Part shown: piece by piece, positions 58,048-64,000 of the stretch
How positions within the stretch are numbered: the first letter of the stretch is position 1
How the letters are laid out: each line of letters starts with the position of its first letter
IMG/VR virus record: IMGVR_UViG_3300014204_000162
Coordinates: 1 to 64,000 of that record
Strand: one strand, 5' to 3'
Length of the DNA: 64,000 nt
Origin: a virus
Lineage: Duplodnaviria; Caudoviricetes
The notes under the pieces: model-generated
What the model saw: the letters and a program-made list of their open reading frames with translations, nothing else
The model's database searches: none
What the model was told of the DNA's origin: nothing
Made by a program: the position numbers and the translations under genes

Positions 58048-58231
58048 TCAAGCTAATGTATGTATGTACCGTGGGCTACACGGGAATTTAAGCCTTTGGA
58101 GTGTTGAATAAAACTGTAGTAGGATTTATCAGTAAGATTTATCCAAGGCAGAACACGTTGAAAAAGGAATTTTCTCAATATGGGTATATTTGCCCATATT
58201 TTGAGTGGCAGCTGAAGATATGGACTATATT
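58048..58231 (+). ncRNA. Putative TnpB omega-RNA scaffold (IS right end) plus flanking guide
   Basis: Noncoding 3' end with hairpins (CCGTGGGCTACACGG; AATATGGGTATATTTGCCCATATT); established location of TnpB guide RNAs. Confidence 0.6.
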
Positions 58232-58579
58232 GACATAGACACATCAAAAATACCATATCAATTTGATATAAAACTAGATGGCAATACTTATACATTTGAT
58301 GTAAAGTACAACAATGCGTTTGACTACTTCACAGTTGATTTATACAAGCAAGGGAAATTGCTTGTATATGGTGAAAAAATAGTAATTGGCAGGCCTATGT
58401 TTGATGTTACATCTAAAACAACTGACGGTATAACAACTATAATACCAAAGACATCTGATTATCCCAAAATGATAATTATGCCGTATGATCTTCCACACAA
58501 GGAAACGCGCGTAACCTTTGATAATCTAGGGGTTACTGTATTTCTATATATTATAACTGAGGATGATTTAAATGCCTAA
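58220..58579 (+). CDS. Small baseplate protein
   Basis: 'YIDID...IPYQFDI.L.G.TY.F...YN...D.FTVDL...G..LVYGEK.V'; synteny. Confidence 0.7.
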   Translation: MDYIDIDTSKIPYQFDIKLDGNTYTFDVKYNNAFDYFTVDLYKQGKLLVYGEKIVIGRPMFDVTSKTTDGITTIIPKTSDYPKMIIMPYDLPHKETRVTFDNLGVTVFLYIITEDDLNA

Positions 58580-58701
58580 ATATGGTATAATATATATGTA
58601 GCTTGATGATATTCTGTAGGCGTATAGATTATTCATGACGGGGGCTGCCTTGCCCCCTGCTATAAATATTAAACAAGGCAAATACGAAAGGCGGTATTAA
58701 T

Positions 58702-59037
58702 ATGAACGATGTTACAATTGAGAAAGTAAAGGAAATGGCCCACGATGAATATATGAACGCTTTGAACACAAAAATAAATAGATTGGGTGGTTTAATTACA
58801 ACCCAAAGAGCAGAAAACAACGAACCGAAAATAACCAGAGAACAATTGCAAGAACTAACAGACGAACAGAGGATGCAAGTTAAAGATTTGCTTAAAATTG
58901 ATGAATTGGAATTTTTAACAGTAGCACAACTGAAAACTATTGTATTAAAAAAGAATATTTTTATTCCAAACTCTATTGTTAATAATGATGTTGAATTGTG
59001 TGGTTTATTATGGCACATAGTAAAAGAGGTGTTATAA
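58702..59037 (+). CDS. Moron hypothetical protein 1
   Basis: Own extended -10 (TGGTATAAT 58583-91) upstream; ORF. Confidence 0.55.
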   Translation: MNDVTIEKVKEMAHDEYMNALNTKINRLGGLITTQRAENNEPKITREQLQELTDEQRMQVKDLLKIDELEFLTVAQLKTIVLKKNIFIPNSIVNNDVELCGLLWHIVKEVL

Positions 59038-59038
59038 G

Positions 59039-59350
59039 ATGATAAAAATTATTGGCATTATTGACGAATCTATAATACCTTATCTAGATGGCAAAACAAA
59101 TATTATAAAAGAAAAGCATCAACCCAAAAGAGAGGCTGTTATTATATCCGAATGTGAATTAACTATGGAAGAAGCAGAGAAAAAATTTAAAGATGATCTT
59201 GGGATTGAAGTATCAAGAGTTGTCTTTTTAAAACTGGATTTTTTTGAAGCTTGGAGAGTTGCGAGCGATTATATAAAAACAAAACATTTTGAGAATTTAA
59301 GTTTTGCAGAAAAACACCAGTTTATGCAAAAATATAACATTAGATGCTGA
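59039..59350 (+). CDS. Moron hypothetical protein 2
   Basis: Coupled to the previous gene; SD GAGGTG. Confidence 0.55.
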   Translation: MIKIIGIIDESIIPYLDGKTNIIKEKHQPKREAVIISECELTMEEAEKKFKDDLGIEVSRVVFLKLDFFEAWRVASDYIKTKHFENLSFAEKHQFMQKYNIRC

Positions 59351-59403
59351 TAATTTGGTAGCAATATATCAATTAAATAAAATGTTTGACTTAATTTCGG
59401 TCA

Positions 59404-59430
59404 AGAGCACTCTTAACAGGGTGCTTTTTT
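59404..59430 (+). terminator. Rho-independent terminator after the two-gene moron
   Basis: AGAGCACTCT-TAAC-AGGGTGCTTT followed by a T tract. Confidence 0.65.
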
Positions 59431-59457
59431 AATGCCTAAAAATAGGGGTGATATAAC

Positions 59458-60267
59458 ATGCCTAAACTTTTTATAAGGCAGACAGAAGTATTAGTTGCAG
59501 GTATAAAGTTTGCCGAACCCAACTATACAATAAATTTTAAGACAAATTTCGATTATGACGAAGACCCAAACGAGGGAGAAATTGAGATATTAAACCTAAC
59601 CAACGACACAATAAGCAAAATTGAGAAGGGACAGGACATAATTCTAAACGCCGGATATAAGGACGATGTCGGGACAATATTCGCCGGAGCTATTGAAAAG
59701 GCTGAACTAAAAGTCAATTTTCCTGATAGGACACTAAAGATAAGTGCTTATGAAGCTTCAGAAAGCTATTTAAATACGAACATAAGCAAGTCATATACAG
59801 CAGGTACTAAAGCTTCTTACATTATAAAGGACTTATTAGGCACTGTAGGGCTTGAAATAGGCTATTTCCAATTGAGTAATGATATTACATATCTAAGTGG
59901 CAAAATTGTTTCTGGAAGCCTTAGAAACGCAATAAGGGACATTGTGATAAATGATTGTAGTTCAAAAATTTACATTACAAACGGTGCAGTAATAGTTAGA
60001 CCTGACGGCACAGGGAATGATATTGGATTTGTTTTAAACAGTGATACAGGTTTGATAGAGTCGCCATCCAAAATAGATAAACAGTCTACAGATGGGGTTG
60101 ATACCGCTGATTATTCGGTTAAATGCCTATTAAATCATAGGGTAAGGACAGATAGCATATTTCAAATTGAGTCAAGGACGGCTAATGGCCTTTTTAGAGT
60201 GAACAAAGGGTATCACCAAAAAACTGACAGTGACTTTATAACTTACACAGAGGTGATAGCGGTATGA
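59458..60267 (+). CDS. Baseplate hub protein
   Basis: 'GEIEI.NL', 'LNAGY..D.G.IF.G.I', 'LN..TGLI.SP', 'VKCLLNHR'. Confidence 0.75.
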   Translation: MPKLFIRQTEVLVAGIKFAEPNYTINFKTNFDYDEDPNEGEIEILNLTNDTISKIEKGQDIILNAGYKDDVGTIFAGAIEKAELKVNFPDRTLKISAYEASESYLNTNISKSYTAGTKASYIIKDLLGTVGLEIGYFQLSNDITYLSGKIVSGSLRNAIRDIVINDCSSKIYITNGAVIVRPDGTGNDIGFVLNSDTGLIESPSKIDKQSTDGVDTADYSVKCLLNHRVRTDSIFQIESRTANGLFRVNKGYHQKTDSDFITYTEVIAV

Positions 60268-60644
60268 GTGAAGCAGAAAAGTATTTTAGAAAAGTTATAG
60301 AAGGCAGAGTAACAGAAATTCATACAACTATGCCATGCAGGATTGAAAGTTTTAATGAGGTGACGTTTACAGCAAAGATAGTACCACTTTTTAAGGTAAA
60401 GTTTAAAGACCAACAAGCTATTGATAGACCACCGATTGAAAATGTACCAGTGCTACGACAGAAAAGGAAAAGCGGCGATATTATAACAATTGAAACACCC
60501 TATTATGAACCAGGAGATATTGTCCTGGTTATTTTTATGGAGAGGGCCATGGATATGGTACAAGGTAATTCAACAGTAGATCCAAAGTACAGCCGTAAAC
60601 ATGCACTCGAAGATGCTGTAATCATTGGCTACCTGGGAGGCTGA
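60264..60644 (+). CDS. Baseplate spike (Gp138-like)
   Basis: 'IHTTMPCRIESF', 'P.IENVPV', 'PGD.VLV.F.ER', 'RKH.LEDA.IIG'. Confidence 0.8.
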   Translation: MSEAEKYFRKVIEGRVTEIHTTMPCRIESFNEVTFTAKIVPLFKVKFKDQQAIDRPPIENVPVLRQKRKSGDIITIETPYYEPGDIVLVIFMERAMDMVQGNSTVDPKYSRKHALEDAVIIGYLGG

Positions 60645-60652
60645 TTTAAAAA

Positions 60653-61018
60653 ATGTATACTTTTAAGATTGATGATACTGGAGACATAACATTTGACGGG
60701 CAAAACAGCATTGTATTGGTAGAAGATAAAGACGAACAGGCACAAGCTGTAAAGACGCGAATGTCAACTAATAAAGGTGAGTGGTTTTTAAATACCCTGT
60801 ACGGGCTTGCGTATAAGTATCTTCAAGTCAAAAACCCTGACTTATCTAGGATAAGGGCCGAAATATTGCGGACGTTTCAGCAAGAGACAAGAATAACCAA
60901 AGTTGACAGTCTAGTGCTTAATTTTAATAACAGTACAAGAAAGCTGACAATAAGTTTTGAACTTGCTATGGATGATGGCAACACAGTTAAGGTTGGAAAC
61001 GAGGTGATAACGGTATGA
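60653..61018 (+). CDS. Baseplate wedge / sheath initiator (DUF2634-like)
   Basis: 'QAVKTR..T.KGEWFLN..YGL'. Confidence 0.75.
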   Translation: MYTFKIDDTGDITFDGQNSIVLVEDKDEQAQAVKTRMSTNKGEWFLNTLYGLAYKYLQVKNPDLSRIRAEILRTFQQETRITKVDSLVLNFNNSTRKLTISFELAMDDGNTVKVGNEVITV

Positions 61019-62202
61019 GTTATGGACTGCTTACGACTGGTTTTAATCGGAAAACATATGAAACAGTAATAGAAGAAATGCAAGCAAGAGCGAAAAGTTT
61101 ATATGGTAATGACGTTAACCTCGAAAATACCTCCCCTTTAGGAATGTTTATACAACTCACAGCTTATTTTTTAGCTTCAGGCGATACAGAGGACCCAGGA
61201 TTATGGGAACTTGCGGAAGATGTATACAATTCTGGATATGTAGATACAGGAGAGGGGGAGTCACTCAACAAAGCTGTAAAGTATCAATCATTGACACGTC
61301 GAAAGGCTGAAAAGGCTACAGGGCAAATAACAATAACAGGTACAAACGGCACTGTAGTTGCGGCAGGCTTTTTAGGTGCTACAACAGGGGGCATACAATT
61401 TGCAACAATTGAGGCATTTACGATAGCAAGCGGTACAGCAACAGCCAATATAGAGGCCGTAAACGGTGGAGCAAATACAAATGTGCCTGCAGGTACCATA
61501 ACGGTGATTGTAAACCCAACCACAGGAGTAACAGCAATAACAAATGCAAGTACAACAACAGGCGGCTATGACGAGGAAACCGACGAGGAATTAAGGGATA
61601 GGTATTCTGCATTAAAGGCAGGCGCAAGCACAGCAGATTCTATCCGAGCAACATTACTTCAACTTACAGGCGTTAGGGATGCAATAGTAAGGGTTAATTA
61701 TACAAATGGTACAGTTGGCGGCATACCCGCAAAGTCAATAGCACCTATAGTGTTAGGCGGTACAGATGCAAATATTGCAGATGCAATTTTAAGCACAAAA
61801 GCTGCAGGCATACAAAGTTATGGAACCACAGAAGTATCAGCTACAGATTTATCAGGTAATATTGAAATAATAGGTTTTACAAGGCCGACAGAGATTAGCA
61901 TATGGGTAAATGTCACGTTGACTACTAATAGTAGTTTTCCTTCAGATGGCAACGCACAGGTTAAAACAGCCATAATAACGTACATCGGTGGTCAGGACGC
62001 AGATGCCGCAGAGTATAACGGATTAGGTATTGATGATGATGTGATTTGGGCTAAATGTATATCAGCGGCAATGACAATATCAGGTATAACAGATATAACA
62101 CTGACATTGAGCACAGATGGAACAACATATACTGCTGCAAATATAGCGATAACCAACCTGCAGATTGCACGTACAGATTCAACTAAGGTGGTGATTGCGT
62201 AG
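61015..62202 (+). CDS. Baseplate J/gp47-family protein
   Basis: 'YG....GF.RK', 'GESL', 'GG.DEETDEELR.R', 'KAAGIQ.YG', 'GFTRP'. Confidence 0.9.
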   Translation: MSYGLLTTGFNRKTYETVIEEMQARAKSLYGNDVNLENTSPLGMFIQLTAYFLASGDTEDPGLWELAEDVYNSGYVDTGEGESLNKAVKYQSLTRRKAEKATGQITITGTNGTVVAAGFLGATTGGIQFATIEAFTIASGTATANIEAVNGGANTNVPAGTITVIVNPTTGVTAITNASTTTGGYDEETDEELRDRYSALKAGASTADSIRATLLQLTGVRDAIVRVNYTNGTVGGIPAKSIAPIVLGGTDANIADAILSTKAAGIQSYGTTEVSATDLSGNIEIIGFTRPTEISIWVNVTLTTNSSFPSDGNAQVKTAIITYIGGQDADAAEYNGLGIDDDVIWAKCISAAMTISGITDITLTLSTDGTTYTAANIAITNLQIARTDSTKVVIA

Positions 62203-62939
62203 TGGGTTATTTTGAAAAGATGCTATCCAAGCTACCATCCGTCCTAAATAGCGAAGTAACAAGCAACAATGCAAAGCTTTTAAACATAATAACTGAGCAG
62301 ATGGAAGAATTAAAGGAAGTTTATAAAAAGATTTTACTATATCGGGACATTGATTCAGCCGAAGGTGCAACACTTGACAGGATAGGGGTTAACGTTAATC
62401 AAACAAGAAATGGACTGGACGATAGAACCTATAGACTATTGCTTAAGACTAAAATACAGCAGAATATAAGCAAGGGCGACGTAAACACAATTATTGAGAT
62501 TGCAGCCACATTGTTAAACATTGATTATACGGATATTTACGTAAAAAATTTAAAGGACATAAAACCCGATGCAGAACCGGCGCATGTTGTTTTGTCTGCA
62601 CCGCAGGATGCGTTTGAAGCCATAGGGGGTAAAATAACTACTAATATAGTCGCACCATATGCAGACATGGCGTATGCAGATGAATTTCCCGACAGTTTTT
62701 TAGTACAACTTGAAACAATTGAAACGACATACAACCCAGATACAGAGGGATTAACCTTTAAATTCTTCTTAGAGTTTATGGAGAGTGTTGTCGCCGCAGG
62801 AATAGCATTATCAGCATGGAGTAGAGGGACAAAGCAAATACAATTTGAAACATCGAGTTTGGACACTGCCTACCTTGTACCTTATGCAGGGCAATTTCAT
62901 TGCGGTATGTGGCCTGACTATGGCATACCAACTTTATAG
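62202..62939 (+). CDS. Baseplate wedge protein (gpI-like)
   Basis: 'DID.AEG.TLDRIG..V...R.GLDD..YRLLLK.KI'. Confidence 0.75.
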   Translation: MGYFEKMLSKLPSVLNSEVTSNNAKLLNIITEQMEELKEVYKKILLYRDIDSAEGATLDRIGVNVNQTRNGLDDRTYRLLLKTKIQQNISKGDVNTIIEIAATLLNIDYTDIYVKNLKDIKPDAEPAHVVLSAPQDAFEAIGGKITTNIVAPYADMAYADEFPDSFLVQLETIETTYNPDTEGLTFKFFLEFMESVVAAGIALSAWSRGTKQIQFETSSLDTAYLVPYAGQFHCGMWPDYGIPTL

Positions 62940-62952
62940 GGGGTGTGAATAA

Positions 62953-63264
62953 ATGGTTGATATTACAACAGCAGGAATATTAAAGATTGCAAATGCAGTT
63001 AAAGCAACGTTCAGTACTTTTAAAGTGACTATTGACAGCATAGAAGAGACGGTACCAATTTTCAGCAACATAGTTGTAGATGGTACGACTATCAGAGTAT
63101 CTTTGAACATTGTCTCAGAAGCGACAGCTAAGACAATAACACTTGTAAAGCTTATCGACAGCGACAGCAATATATTTGCACAGGAAACCATGGACTTTGT
63201 AAAACCGGCAGGTAAGCCATGGTACAAGTCTTTTGACTTTAAAATAACAGCATTGGAGGTGTAA
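62953..63264 (+). CDS. Tail-associated hypothetical protein
   Basis: Synteny; SD GGGGTG. Confidence 0.6.
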   Translation: MVDITTAGILKIANAVKATFSTFKVTIDSIEETVPIFSNIVVDGTTIRVSLNIVSEATAKTITLVKLIDSDSNIFAQETMDFVKPAGKPWYKSFDFKITALEV

Positions 63265-63266
63265 TA

Positions 63267-63554
63267 ATGGCATATACGCCAATAACATATCAAGCGAGAA
63301 TAGTACAATATCCAAGGCGGGTTAGGTTAGATGAAACAATACCAGGTAGCGGAATATATGATTTGGTTGCTGTACCTGGTACCGTATCACAGGTAGGTAC
63401 TAGCACAAGCGCAGTAAACTTGAACCATGCAGAGCAAGGAATTAAGCAGGTAACGGATGATTTAGCGACGCATAAGGCAGAAAATGTGCAACAATTCAAT
63501 ACAGTAACAGCAGAATTTCAGAAAACAAGAATAAGGATGTATATGGGGGTGTAA
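63267..63554 (+). CDS. Tail-fibre-associated hypothetical protein
   Basis: 'GT..SA.NLNH.EQGI', 'L.THKAEN'. Confidence 0.6.
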   Translation: MAYTPITYQARIVQYPRRVRLDETIPGSGIYDLVAVPGTVSQVGTSTSAVNLNHAEQGIKQVTDDLATHKAENVQQFNTVTAEFQKTRIRMYMGV

Positions 63555-63557
63555 AAC

Positions 63558-63863
63558 ATGGCAGATACATTGAAAAATTTATACAAAGGCACATTGGGAA
63601 CTTCTTCAGCTACACTTTATACCGTTCCAGCTTCAACAGCCACTATTGTAAAAGAAATTACCATTTGCAACAAAACTGCTACGGATGCGACAGCAACTAT
63701 AATGTTTGATGGAGCAAATATAGTATGCGGAAAAACAGTTACAAAGAATGATACTTACATTATTGAACTGCACTCTATACTTGAAACAGGAAAGATTATT
63801 GCTGGATTAGCAGGTACGGCAAGTGCTATAGACATATATATTAGTGGCATTGAGGTGGTATGA
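63558..63863 (+). CDS. Small beta-rich tail-associated protein
   Basis: 'TLYTVPASTATIVKEI.ICN', 'ISG.EV'. Confidence 0.6.
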   Translation: MADTLKNLYKGTLGTSSATLYTVPASTATIVKEITICNKTATDATATIMFDGANIVCGKTVTKNDTYIIELHSILETGKIIAGLAGTASAIDIYISGIEVV

Positions 63864-64000
63864 TGGGAACCTTACAAGGACTAGACAAATTTAAACTTGA
63901 TGGCGTATTAAGTTATACTCATATTGACCCTACTAAATTAGTAAATATACCAACGTCTGCCACTGGAGAATGTATTGTAGGAGTATTAGATAATGGGAGT
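63860..64000 (+). CDS. 5' part of a gene running off the window (MMGTLQGLDKF...)
   Basis: ATGA overlap with the previous stop; SD GAGGTGG; open to the window end. Confidence 0.5.
   Translation, partial: MMGTLQGLDKFKLDGVLSYTHIDPTKLVNIPTSATGECIVGVLDNGS

Larger units (their letters stand above)
56638..58211 (+). mobile_element. IS607-derived non-autonomous element (truncated tnpA + tnpB) inserted between baseplate genes
   Basis: MerR-type HTH remnant + TnpB; AGCT at both junctions (56636-39, 58210-13); exact ends approximate. Confidence 0.75.

Noticed and set aside
56638-58211. IStron (group I intron-IS607 chimera)
   Set aside because: Only about 65 bp separate the left junction from tnpA, too short for a group I catalytic core, and the insertion is intergenic.
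29175-58620. 17-bp exact match TGATGATATTCTGTAGG at 29175-29191 and 58604-58620, a possible att core
   Set aside because: A single 17-mer match is near chance expectation in 64 kb of AT-rich DNA, the flanks diverge, and no integrase is in the window.
1-64000. Integrase, CI repressor, att sites, holin/endolysin, host genes, rRNA
   Set aside because: None recognisable; the window begins after the immunity region and ends within the tail genes, so prophage versus free phage cannot be decided.

Overview
The whole 64-kb window is a continuous segment of an AT-rich, Clostridia-type phage or prophage. Host and temperate lifestyle are inferred from strong GGAGG ribosome-binding sites, gene content and antirepressors. 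Almost all genes lie on the + strand. From left to right: (1) an early/lytic-switch region with an antirepressor; (2) recombination and replication genes (SMC-like ATPase, RecT, MBL nuclease, initiator with internal iterons, DnaC-like loader, SSB); (3) a long accessory block with three DNA methyltransferases, dUTPase, two ASCH proteins, a RinA/ArpU-like late regulator, an AAA ATPase and a nuclease; (4) a putative late promoter followed by a tRNA-like RNA; (5) the terminase genes, a portal-MuF fusion, a head fibre, protease and HK97-type capsid; (6) a contractile-tail module (sheath, tube, chaperones, tape measure, baseplate) that runs off the right edge. No integrase, repressor or lysis genes are visible. 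The standout feature is at 1677-3081: a Cas7/RAMP-like gene immediately followed by a ~180-nt array of GGY-NN pentamers split into three units by GGCA tetramers, then a conserved accessory gene. This looks like a phage RNA-guided system with a non-contiguous guide code (VIPR-like). Other highlights are a ~235-nt tRNA-shaped RNA with a large structured insert, a nested out-of-frame ORF in a C5 methyltransferase (M.EcoHK31I beta-like), a C5 methyltransferase with four tandem TRD-like repeats, and an IS607-derived element with intact TnpB but a truncated TnpA. Product calls come from motif recognition by eye; no database searches were run.
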